This document shows, in pieces, positions 8,430-17,260 of a stretch of DNA of 32,637 bases. Source of the DNA: an uncultured Bacilli bacterium (lineage in GTDB: Bacteria; Bacillota_I; Bacilli_A; RF39; UBA660); assembly GCA_944327425.1 (NCBI GenBank), contig CALVHJ010000001.1, positions 1-32,637 of the forward strand, read 5' to 3'. The translations under genes were made by a program, and so were the position numbers. Positions within the stretch are counted from its first letter, which is position 1. Each line of letters starts with the position of its first letter. Under the pieces are notes generated by a model. It had not been told where the DNA came from and did not search any database. It was given only the letters and a program-made list of their open reading frames with translations.

Positions 8430-9015
8430 TAGTAATATCATTTAATGTTTTATTAATTCTATTAATTACATATTGTTTATCATTAGGATAACAAGTATAA
8501 AAAGTAAGCATAGGAATATTGCAATCCTGTAAAATTTTCTTAACTTTTAAATCACGATCTCTTCTTTTAAAAGTATTATGTGTTTTATCATTTAATTCAA
8601 TTAATAATAATAAATTATAATTTTTATCTAAAATTGCAAAATCTATATTTCTAAACAATTCATTATGGTATTTACCAGTATTTTTTTGAATAACCGCAGC
8701 CAAATTAAGCTGTGGAATAATAATGTAATTTTCCTCTAATTCTCGAAACTTCGAAAAAAACTGAAACTCTGCAGGCGTCATTATATTTTTTGTGCTATAT
8801 TTTGCTATATTTGATTCTAAAAGAGAAGGGGATGGATTATTTTCTTTATTTTTAGCAATATCTTTAGATAATTTGTATCTAATAAAGGAAAGAATTATAA
8901 TACAAATTATAAAAGTCAAAAATTCATCTTTATATATATCAAAATTAAATAAACAATAAAATGCAGTTAAACCTAAAATAACTATTAGAAAATTACATAT
9001 ATCTTTTTTCACCAT
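8410..9015 (-). CDS. Membrane-anchored DUF2726-like (PD-(D/E)xK nuclease-fold) protein
   Basis: Two N-terminal hydrophobic segments, then MTPAEFQFF...IIPQLNLAAV...IDFAILDKN...LIELND..H, which resembles DUF2726. The ATG at 9015 follows AGGTGGTG. The 3' end overlaps the zupT 3' end. Confidence 0.55.
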   Translation of the reverse strand: MVKKDICNFLIVILGLTAFYCLFNFDIYKDEFLTFIICIIILSFIRYKLSKDIAKNKENNPSPSLLESNIAKYSTKNIMTPAEFQFFSKFRELEENYIIIPQLNLAAVIQKNTGKYHNELFRNIDFAILDKNYNLLLLIELNDKTHNTFKRRDRDLKVKKILQDCNIPMLTFYTCYPNDKQYVINRINKTLNDITIKSKNS

Positions 9016-9384
9016 TAAACACCACCTAAAACTCATTATATTATAATATATAAAAAGTTTAATTGCAAATCAAAAGAATGAAGTTAACATAATATATATT
9101 TAGCGAACTAAATTATTTAGAAGTTTTATAGTTAAATTTTTATAGCATAATACCATTAAACATTAATTAAAACGTTTTAAACCATGTTACGATTTAAGCC
9201 TAAATCAAACAAAATAAAATTAAAAATTCTTTTAATATCTTAGTATTTAATATAATTTAAAATTATAACCTTATTTTTATAATTAAATAAGGTTAAATAC
9301 ACGCGTATATATCATATTTAATATATATAATAAGGTTATATATTATATATTTATTTAAATTAAAAACGACTTATTAAAAGTCAT

Positions 9385-10188
9385 TTATTTTAAATCACTC
9401 GAATACCAATAGTAATTTCCATCATTATCTAATTTAAATACATGTTTATAGACAGAGCCATATTTATAAATAAATTCTGAATCAATCTCTAAATCGTCAT
9501 TATTTTTTAGATCATCAGAGCATTCAGTTATTTCATCACTATTTGTATTAGAAGGGTAACACTTGTTATCTGATAGTCGTAAATAATAATCAGTTATAAC
9601 AATATCATTATTTAATTTTTCTACCGCTTTATCAATTAATCTATATACAGTGGCTTCTGGCATTAAAGAAAACACGAAAGTCTCAGCATTACCACAATAA
9701 TAATATTCCCCATCTAAATAACAAGCATCACTATCATTTATATAAAAACTTTTGTCATCTGGTATTTCTTCTCCATAAATCTTCTCGTAAGATTTAGCTA
9801 AATCACTAGCAGCAATAATTTGATAATCACAATCCTCATCCCCTTCTTCTGCTGCTAAAGTTGTCCCCTGTCCTACCATACACAATGAAATATCATTGTC
9901 ATTTTTAGAACTAACAGCAGCAGTTGAAAGAGAAATACTGTTTTCATCTAAGGCATAGTATGCCATACAAAGTTTATTTTCATTTTTTATCGTATCATAA
10001 TTTACTTCTGTTCCACTATAAGAATTTAAGCCTCCGCAGTGATATATATCAACTTCTCCTAAATAACTATATAACTCCTTTATTTGTGTACTTTGAGTAT
10101 CAAGATTTTTATCACCCAAAAAGATAATTAACAAAATTATAATAAGCACAAATAAAACACCAATGCCACCTATTATTTGTTTTTTCAT
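9385..10188 (-). CDS. Hypothetical N-terminally anchored, Cys-containing extracytoplasmic protein
   Basis: 267-aa ORF with the single TM segment IGGIGVLFVLIIILLIIFL and an acidic D/E/Y-rich ectodomain. The start lies 2 nt after the stop of the upstream HTH gene. Confidence 0.5.
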   Translation of the reverse strand: MKKQIIGGIGVLFVLIIILLIIFLGDKNLDTQSTQIKELYSYLGEVDIYHCGGLNSYSGTEVNYDTIKNENKLCMAYYALDENSISLSTAAVSSKNDNDISLCMVGQGTTLAAEEGDEDCDYQIIAASDLAKSYEKIYGEEIPDDKSFYINDSDACYLDGEYYYCGNAETFVFSLMPEATVYRLIDKAVEKLNNDIVITDYYLRLSDNKCYPSNTNSDEITECSDDLKNNDDLEIDSEFIYKYGSVYKHVFKLDNDGNYYWYSSDLK

Positions 10189-10190
10189 TT

Positions 10191-10967
10191 TTATACTTTT
10201 CTCGTTTCTATCTCAGCTATTTTTTCTAAAACTTCAGCAGCATTTTCTTCCGTCATAGAATCATAACCAAGTTCTCTTAAAGCTTGTATTTTAATAGTAT
10301 TTAACTGTTGTGTACGGCTTAATTTTTCTTCATTTTTCTGTTCTATTTCTTGAACAAAACGCTTATGACTATCTCTAAGCTTACTTCTACTTGCTCCACC
10401 ATTATTATAAAGGGTTAAAGCTGAAAACAAAATTCCTTCAAAAATAAATTGTTTTTCTTCATCAAAAGCATATTCATCTGGTTTAATAAAACCAGTAGTT
10501 TTAGACATATATCCTAAAATATATTTAATCTCCGGTACATTATCAACCGACTGCAACATATGATAAAAATAATTTATAATGTTATAATTTTCACTCTTCT
10601 TATTTTCATCTAATAATTTTTCTTTTAATAGATAGTTAATATCAACAAGTAAAGTTTGACTATTTTTATCTAAACCATTCATATCAAAATAGCTATCCAT
10701 ATCATTAGTGTTTTTAACTCCTTGATTTAAACGATTTTCTACAGCCATTAAATAATCCGTTGTTATTTTAATACTTTTAATACCATCTTCTGTTCCATCT
10801 TCAATATCAAGCAATTTAAATAATAATATCTTCTTTTCTTTAGGCCATTTATTTAAGTCTTCTAACTCTAAATAATTATAAACCATTTGTCTTGATACAT
10901 TCAAATATTTAGCAAGTCTAACTTTAGAAATACCTAATTCTTGTAATAATTCATTTAAACTATTCAT
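10191..10967 (-). CDS. HTH-domain protein (XRE-like N-terminus) of unknown function
   Basis: N-terminal LQELGISKVRLAKYLNVSRQMVYNYL helix-turn-helix. An AAGGAG RBS precedes the ATG. Confidence 0.55.
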   Translation of the reverse strand: MNSLNELLQELGISKVRLAKYLNVSRQMVYNYLELEDLNKWPKEKKILLFKLLDIEDGTEDGIKSIKITTDYLMAVENRLNQGVKNTNDMDSYFDMNGLDKNSQTLLVDINYLLKEKLLDENKKSENYNIINYFYHMLQSVDNVPEIKYILGYMSKTTGFIKPDEYAFDEEKQFIFEGILFSALTLYNNGGASRSKLRDSHKRFVQEIEQKNEEKLSRTQQLNTIKIQALRELGYDSMTEENAAEVLEKIAEIETRKV

Positions 10968-11040
10968 AACTATCTCCTTTTTACTTTACACCTTAATTAT
11001 AAATTACTTAACACTTATATGTCAAGTATTAGTTAAGAAT

Positions 11041-12144
11041 CTAGGCTAAATACCATAATTTTTCGCTATTTTTATAAACGTCTTTTATAAATCCACAGCC
11101 CAAACATTTATCTTTATCATAAAAAACACATGCTTGACCCGGAGTAACTGCCTTACATCCCTTAGGATATTTAATTTTTATTTCATTTTCGGAAATACTT
11201 TCAATTTCAATAGGAACATCTTCACCTCTGTATCTAAATTTCGCCATTAATTTGTTTGGTAACTTTTCAATCAAATTAATATTATCTAAAGTACAAGCAT
11301 CACTATATAAATACTCACTATCACCATAAGCTATATACAAAATATTTTTAGCAACATTTTTACCACAAACATAATGTCTCATTTGTTCTCCACTTAACCC
11401 AACATTTCTTCTTTGGCCAATAGTATAGTTCATCAAACCAGTATGTCTACCAACCACTTTTTTCGTTTTTACATCGACAATATCCCCTGGGTTAGGTTTT
11501 AAATAATTTTTAATAAAATCTTGATAATGTCTTTCCCCTATAAAACAAATTCCGGTTGAATCTTTCTTTTTAGCAACATTTAATCCGGCTTTAAGAGCTA
11601 TTTCTCTTACTTCTGGTTTTGTATATTCTCCCAGTGGAAAAAGCACGTTTTCTAATTGCTCTTTGCTAATATCAGCTAAAAAATAAGACTGATCTTTATT
11701 TAAATCTTTTGCTTTATATAAAGAGCCATTAATATTTCTAGCATAATGCCCTGTAGCTATATATGAAGCACCTAATTTTAAAGCTTCTTTTTTAAATAAG
11801 TCAAATTTAATAAACTTATTACAAAGCATATCCGGATTAGGAGTTCTCCCCTTTTTTAATTCTTCTAAAAAATATGTAAAGACATAATCCCAATATTCTT
11901 TAATAAAATCAACCCGATGGAGTTTTATACCTAAAATCCTACAAGTTTCTAAAGCATCATTATAATCTTGTTCTTGAGGACATATTGCTTCATTCAAATT
12001 AGGATTACCTAAGATATCATTATTTACCATTGAATCCCAATTTCTCATAAACAAACCTTCAACTAAATATCCTTCCTTTTTAAGTAAAAGAGCTGCTACG
12101 GCTGAATCAACACCACCACTAATACCAACTATAACTTTCTTCAT
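11041..12144 (-). CDS. mnmA: tRNA-specific 2-thiouridylase MnmA
   Basis: PP-loop SGGVDSAVAA, plus the NPDMLCN and DQSYFL blocks. The track start at 12153 is GTG. The ATGs at 12150 and 12144 are more likely starts. Confidence 0.85.
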   Translation of the reverse strand: MKKVIVGISGGVDSAVAALLLKKEGYLVEGLFMRNWDSMVNNDILGNPNLNEAICPQEQDYNDALETCRILGIKLHRVDFIKEYWDYVFTYFLEELKKGRTPNPDMLCNKFIKFDLFKKEALKLGASYIATGHYARNINGSLYKAKDLNKDQSYFLADISKEQLENVLFPLGEYTKPEVREIALKAGLNVAKKKDSTGICFIGERHYQDFIKNYLKPNPGDIVDVKTKKVVGRHTGLMNYTIGQRRNVGLSGEQMRHYVCGKNVAKNILYIAYGDSEYLYSDACTLDNINLIEKLPNKLMAKFRYRGEDVPIEIESISENEIKIKYPKGCKAVTPGQACVFYDKDKCLGCGFIKDVYKNSEKLWYLA

Positions 12145-12213
12145 AAACATCACACTATTATTTTACTCTATTTCTTCTAAAAAGTCCAATAATTCCGTAT
12201 GTAACTTTATCTT

Positions 12214-14304
12214 TTATGGAGGACATGTATTTATTTTTAATTTATTGTTTTTCACTTTAAAAACAATAGTCCCATGATAGTCAGTCCGATAAATAATTGC
12301 CTCGTCTAAATTGTCTAACACTTCCTTATTTGGATGTCCATATCTATTATTTTTACCCACTGATATAACCCCATATTTAGGGCTAATATTGGTAATAAAA
12401 TTTTTACTTGAACTTGTCTTACTCCCATGATGTCCAACCTTCAAAATACTAATATCATCAAGCTTATATTTATCTAATAAATCACTTTCTACATTAATTC
12501 CGGCATCCCCCATTAATAACAATTTAATATTATCAAGTTTAACATAGATTACATTAGAATTATCATTTTCGTTATCATACATTTTATAATTTAAAAAATA
12601 GATTTCATTATCTCCAATATTTAGGCTATCAATATTTTGATAATACTTAATTTTCTTTTTTTCTAACACTTTAATAAGATTTAATTCTAAATCGTTATAA
12701 TTATCATGATTAAATATAACTTTATCTACCTTAAATTTATTTACTAATAGAGTTCCTTCTCCTATATGATCAAAATCTCCATGAGTTACAATTAATAGAT
12801 CAAGTTTATTTATTCCTAAACTTTTTAAAAAAGTAATTATGTTATTAATATTCTTAAACTCTTTATCACGAATTCGCCACTCTTCTTTTTCATAGGAAAC
12901 TTTACCACCAGTATCAACCATTATCGCATAACTTCTGTTATTACCAACAATTAAGCTAGCATCTCCCTGCCCTACATCCAAAAAATAAATATAATTATTA
13001 TTATCTAAATAGGGTAATGTTTTATAAATAAATATTATCATAAATATAACTAATAAATATTTCCAACTTTTTTTATAAACAAGATAAATAGCTAGATAAT
13101 AAAAAATGATAAACAACATATTTACTTTAGGAACGATCATCATAATACTAAGTTTATCTAACCACTCATTAAGACTCTCTAAAACATTAACTCCGAATGC
13201 TAATAAAAAATCAAGAAAGGGAAAGACAAAAGTAAGTATCGTAAGCGGAAATAAAATAACACTAACCAAAGGAACAATAATAATATTATTTATTACCGTT
13301 AAAAGGTTAATCTCATAAAAATTATACAATGTTATAGGCATACTAAAAAGAAAAGCTATAAAACTAACTTTTATTAATTTCATAATATAATTACCAACTA
13401 TTTTTTTACTAAATAATATTAATCCTAAACTAGTAGTAAATGAATAAACAAATCCCAGATCATAGACATAAAAAGGATTAATTATAATTAATACTAAAAA
13501 CACTAAATATAACACTATAATCGTATCTAATTTTAAACTAAGCCTCTTATTTATTAAAAGAAATACAAAAAGCAAACTTCCTCTAACTACTGAAGCACTA
13601 AAACCAATCATAAAGACATAAAACCCCAAAAATAAAACAACAATTATATCACAAATAATTTCTTTTACTTTCATTTTCTGTAAAAATTTATTTAAAATTA
13701 ACACTAATAAACTAATATTAGAACTAGAAACCGCAAATAAATGCGTTACTCCATTCTTTTGATAAGTTTGATAAACATCATTATCTATATAATCAGTTTC
13801 ACCTAAAACAAAGGCATATAAATAACTATTAGCTCCCTCAATTTCCTCTATTTTATTAATAAATTTATTTTTAATTTTATTCATAAGGGACACTTCATTT
13901 ATAATAGATAAATCGCTTGCTTGAAAAGTAACATAAATTTTATTATTATATAAATATTTTTTATAATTAAACGTATTAGGAATAGTATTATTATAAGGAA
14001 TACTATATTTTCCTTCAAGTTTAATTTTAGCTCCTATAGCTATTTGCAAACTAACACGATTTTTCTCTTCTAATGAAGTAAAATAATATGTAGCAACAAC
14101 TTTCTCTATAGATTTTATAGTTAAACTAAGCTTATCACCATCTATTGAATAATTTAAAATTTCCCCTTCTAAAAAAATACTATTTATATCTATATTTGTT
14201 TTATAAGTAATAAGCTTAGTAAAAACTAAAACATACAAGCAAACAAAAATTAAAGTTATTCCTATAAAATATTTAGACTGTAATATAATCTTTAATTTGG
14301 GCAA
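12214..14304 (-). CDS. comEC: DNA internalization competence protein ComEC/Rec2
   Basis: N-terminal OB-like region, a polytopic competence domain, and a C-terminal metallo-beta-lactamase domain (DVGQGDA, HGDFDHIGE, VGHHGS). TTG start. Overlaps comEA by 32 nt. Confidence 0.85.
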   Translation of the reverse strand: MPKLKIILQSKYFIGITLIFVCLYVLVFTKLITYKTNIDINSIFLEGEILNYSIDGDKLSLTIKSIEKVVATYYFTSLEEKNRVSLQIAIGAKIKLEGKYSIPYNNTIPNTFNYKKYLYNNKIYVTFQASDLSIINEVSLMNKIKNKFINKIEEIEGANSYLYAFVLGETDYIDNDVYQTYQKNGVTHLFAVSSSNISLLVLILNKFLQKMKVKEIICDIIVVLFLGFYVFMIGFSASVVRGSLLFVFLLINKRLSLKLDTIIVLYLVFLVLIIINPFYVYDLGFVYSFTTSLGLILFSKKIVGNYIMKLIKVSFIAFLFSMPITLYNFYEINLLTVINNIIIVPLVSVILFPLTILTFVFPFLDFLLAFGVNVLESLNEWLDKLSIMMIVPKVNMLFIIFYYLAIYLVYKKSWKYLLVIFMIIFIYKTLPYLDNNNYIYFLDVGQGDASLIVGNNRSYAIMVDTGGKVSYEKEEWRIRDKEFKNINNIITFLKSLGINKLDLLIVTHGDFDHIGEGTLLVNKFKVDKVIFNHDNYNDLELNLIKVLEKKKIKYYQNIDSLNIGDNEIYFLNYKMYDNENDNSNVIYVKLDNIKLLLMGDAGINVESDLLDKYKLDDISILKVGHHGSKTSSSKNFITNISPKYGVISVGKNNRYGHPNKEVLDNLDEAIIYRTDYHGTIVFKVKNNKLKINTCPP

Positions 14305-14992
14305 AAACTGAATCTCCTATACCACTAACATTTAAAATATCTTCAATCTTCTTAAATTCACTTACATTATTTCGATAATCGATTATTGCTTGGGCTTTAG
14401 CCTCTCCTATTCCCGATAGTTCCATCAAGCTTGTCTTATCAGCAGTATTTATATTAATTAAGCTATTATTATTTTGATTAGTTGTATCACTCGTATTATT
14501 TACATTATTTTCACTTATAATAATACTTTCTTTATTTTCTGTACACTGTGTAATTGTATAGCTAGGAACTTCACAAACATTACTACTAGTATTATCTTCT
14601 TTAGTCATTTCTTTTGTTTTATAAACATAAATAACCATCTCATCACTTACTTTTTTACTTAAATTCAAATTATTTTGATAAGCATCTTTTGTAAAACCTC
14701 CTGCTAAAGCAATTACATCATTTACAATACTGCCTAAACTAACCTGATAAACACCCGGATTATTAACTGCTCCTTTAATATCAACATTAATTATCGCCTC
14801 ACTTATATCTTGTTCTTCATCATCATCTTCTTGCAATATACTCTCATTACTTAAAGATAAATCACTTTCTAAAACATTATCATTAGTCTGCCGTAATATA
14901 GCATAAATAGCTAACCCCATACTAACAACTAATAAAAAACCAATAATAATATCTTTAAGATACTTTTTTAATATAAACAATATATTTTCCAT
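14273..14992 (-). CDS. comEA: Competence protein ComEA (SLBB plus helix-hairpin-helix DNA receptor)
   Basis: N-terminal TM, then GAVNNPGVYQV (SLBB). The C-terminus has tandem HhH motifs: INTADKTSLMELSGIGEAKAQAIIDYR and ILNVSGIGDSVFAQIKDYI. A strong AGGAAAGGAG RBS precedes the start. Confidence 0.8.
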   Translation of the reverse strand: MENILFILKKYLKDIIIGFLLVVSMGLAIYAILRQTNDNVLESDLSLSNESILQEDDDEEQDISEAIINVDIKGAVNNPGVYQVSLGSIVNDVIALAGGFTKDAYQNNLNLSKKVSDEMVIYVYKTKEMTKEDNTSSNVCEVPSYTITQCTENKESIIISENNVNNTSDTTNQNNNSLININTADKTSLMELSGIGEAKAQAIIDYRNNVSEFKKIEDILNVSGIGDSVFAQIKDYITV

Positions 14993-15035
14993 ATATCAAT
15001 CTCCTTTCCTAGTTTGCATTATAACAAATTAATTT

Positions 15036-15070
15036 TAAAAAAGCAAAAGACAGATTTTAAACAATCTGTC
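15036..15070 (-). terminator. Rho-independent terminator of the 15134..15532 gene
   Basis: GACAGATT-ttaaac-AATCTGTC 8-bp stem, followed by a T-rich run on the minus strand. Confidence 0.55.
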
Positions 15071-15133
15071 CCTAAAACACTTTAATTTATACCATCATTT
15101 ATTTAATTTGAACCCTCATTTTATCAAAATGAC

Positions 15134-15532
15134 CTATCTTTTTGCCCTTTTAAACAAAATTGAAAAAATTATTAAAATTAACAAAAAACACCCGCTAGCA
15201 ATACTTGGAGCTACATAGGAAGGCATCTTAGTATCACTTTTTAGTTCTAAAGAAGCAAAATAATCTTCAAAATCACTTACTTCATCACTTTCCATTTTAT
15301 AAACCTCTAAATAATAACTCATCATTTCTTCATCATTATAAACAGTAATAACAACCTCTTCTTTATCATCAACTAAATTATTATTAAAAATAGATATTTG
15401 ATCATCTGAATCTATTTCATACTCTAATTCTAACCTTTCTGCTAAAGAAGTCATATTAACGGTATATCTAGTATTTAAAGGATCAAATTTTAAAGATAAT
15501 TCTCCATTTAAAATTGTAAGTTTTTTTAACAT
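15134..15532 (-). CDS. Hypothetical acidic protein with a C-terminal membrane anchor
   Basis: The ATG at 15532 follows AGGTGA (the track start at 15541 is GTG). The C-terminus APSIASGCFLLILIIFSILFKRAKR is a tail anchor. The N-terminus LTILNGELSLKFDPLNTRYTV faintly resembles cadherin-like beta-sandwich repeats. Confidence 0.5.
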   Translation of the reverse strand: MLKKLTILNGELSLKFDPLNTRYTVNMTSLAERLELEYEIDSDDQISIFNNNLVDDKEEVVITVYNDEEMMSYYLEVYKMESDEVSDFEDYFASLELKSDTKMPSYVAPSIASGCFLLILIIFSILFKRAKR

Positions 15533-15554
15533 ACCATTCACCTAAAATTATTTT

Positions 15555-15580
15555 AAACAAAAAAAGCAAGTTTATGCTTT
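15555..15580 (-). terminator. Hairpin terminator or attenuator after hemW
   Basis: AAAGCA-agttta-TGCTTT stem directly after the hemW stop, followed by a T-run on the minus strand. Confidence 0.4.
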
Positions 15581-15581
15581 C

Positions 15582-16673
15582 TTATATTAGTTTTATCAAT
15601 ATCTCATTCATTACATACAACTTTTTAGGATTTATATACACATATCCATCTTTATAAATTAAATCGCCACTTTTTATTAAAGGTTTAATCGGAAATATAT
15701 TTTGCATATTTTCTTCAAACTTATCAAAAAAATGTTCTAAATTTATTCCTTCTAATTTTCTAAATCCTAAAATAAGTTCATTTTCCATATTATCAACTTT
15801 ACTCATTAAAGACTTACTACTAACAAAATTCCCTTTTATATATTCCGTCAAACTTTTAGTATTCTCATAACGTATTGCCTCAACAAAACCACTAGCCGAA
15901 ACTCCAAATCCATAATATTCTTCATTATTCCAATATGTCAAATTATGTTTAGACACATACCCTTTACGAGCAAAATTCGATACTTCATAGTGAATATACC
16001 CATTCTTCTTAAGCGTTTTACAAATTATATCATATAATTTAAAGTCTCGTTCTTCTTCAATTGGCTTTATTTTATTTAATCCTACTAAAGTATTTTTTTC
16101 AATAATCAAACTATAAGTACTAATATGTTCTACTTTTAATTTTAATATTTTATTTAAGTCTTTTTTTAACATACTCTCTGTTTCGGAAGGAATAGCATAC
16201 ATTAAATCTACATTAATATTTTTAAATCCAATTTCTCTTAACAACCTAATTTTCTTTTTAGCATCTTTAAAATCACTAGTTCTTTTCATAAAATCTAATT
16301 TTTCCGGATCAAAAGATTCAATCCCAATACTAATTCTATTTACGCCTTGATGATAAAGAAACCTAAATTTTTCTTCTTCGATATCACACAAATTACACTC
16401 AAAACTAAATTCAATATTATCACTTTTATGAAATTTAGCTAATATTCTAAAAAGCAGCTTTAATTCTTCTATTGTTAAACAGCTAGGAGTTCCACCACCA
16501 ACATATAAAGTTTCTATTTCTTCTCCCATATAAGAATTATCTATTTCTTCTTCTAATCTCTCTAAATAAGGCTTAACCCAATCATGATTATAAACAACTT
16601 TACAAAAATCACAATAAGAACAAATATTATTACAAAAAGGAATATGAATATATACCGATTTAATCTTCTCCAT
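15582..16673 (-). CDS. hemW: Radical SAM heme chaperone HemW (HemN-like, oxygen-independent coproporphyrinogen oxidase family)
   Basis: CxxxCxxC radical-SAM motif in YIHIPFCNNICSYCDF, plus a HemN_C-like tail. Confidence 0.8.
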   Translation of the reverse strand: MEKIKSVYIHIPFCNNICSYCDFCKVVYNHDWVKPYLERLEEEIDNSYMGEEIETLYVGGGTPSCLTIEELKLLFRILAKFHKSDNIEFSFECNLCDIEEEKFRFLYHQGVNRISIGIESFDPEKLDFMKRTSDFKDAKKKIRLLREIGFKNINVDLMYAIPSETESMLKKDLNKILKLKVEHISTYSLIIEKNTLVGLNKIKPIEEERDFKLYDIICKTLKKNGYIHYEVSNFARKGYVSKHNLTYWNNEEYYGFGVSASGFVEAIRYENTKSLTEYIKGNFVSSKSLMSKVDNMENELILGFRKLEGINLEHFFDKFEENMQNIFPIKPLIKSGDLIYKDGYVYINPKKLYVMNEILIKLI

Positions 16674-17260
16674 TATCTACCTCTAAATTCATTAGTTTTC
16701 AAAGCTCCATTTTGATTCCCTAAAATTCTTCTCTGTACTAATAATTCCTTGATTTTTTGGGTAATTTCCGAACTAAAAATATTATACTTTTCATGTTCAC
16801 TTAAACAATCATACACATAGTCTCTTGTAACAGTTTCTTTATCTAAATTACTATTATTATAGATATTAGCAATTTCTTCTAAAGATAAATTAGGATTTTC
16901 TAATAATAACTGCGTAAATATTAAAATATGTTTTATTTTTCTTTTTATATTATTATCATCTTGGGCTTTTATGGAACCAACAAACCTACCCGCTTCATCT
17001 TTTAAAGCTTGATTATTCTGAAAACTTTTTAAGCCACCTTTTTTTCTTGCTTCCAACTTTTTAAACGCTAGGATATCTTTAATTTGTTTATATGTATCTA
17101 ATCCAAACAAATTAATAACTAAAGGATCATTTAAATATCTATTAATACTAGATCTTGACATTCCTTCTAATTGGGGAAGCAATGAAAGATCTTTTAAAGA
17201 CATATTTGGATTCTTTAAAAAAGTTTCAACAACTAAGTACACTTTTTCTTCTTTTTTCAT
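16673..17260 (-). CDS. Tandem HTH protein, two SpoIIID-like modules
   Basis: Two internal repeats: VETFLKNPNMSLKDLS...SRSSINRYLND...YKQIKDIL...RKKGG and TQLLLENPNLSLEEIA...TRDYVYDCLSE...TQKIKELL. The ATG abuts the lepA stop, and the stop overlaps the hemW ATG (TAATG). Confidence 0.45.
   Translation of the reverse strand: MKKEEKVYLVVETFLKNPNMSLKDLSLLPQLEGMSRSSINRYLNDPLVINLFGLDTYKQIKDILAFKKLEARKKGGLKSFQNNQALKDEAGRFVGSIKAQDDNNIKRKIKHILIFTQLLLENPNLSLEEIANIYNNSNLDKETVTRDYVYDCLSEHEKYNIFSSEITQKIKELLVQRRILGNQNGALKTNEFRGR

Noticed and set aside
9037-9384. Long AT-rich intergenic region with repeated ATAAGGTT units, a possible CRISPR or repeat array
   Set aside because: There are only three short copies, and two of them form a single hairpin. 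Spacing is not regular and no cas genes are present. The region fits promoter and terminator space between two minus-strand genes.
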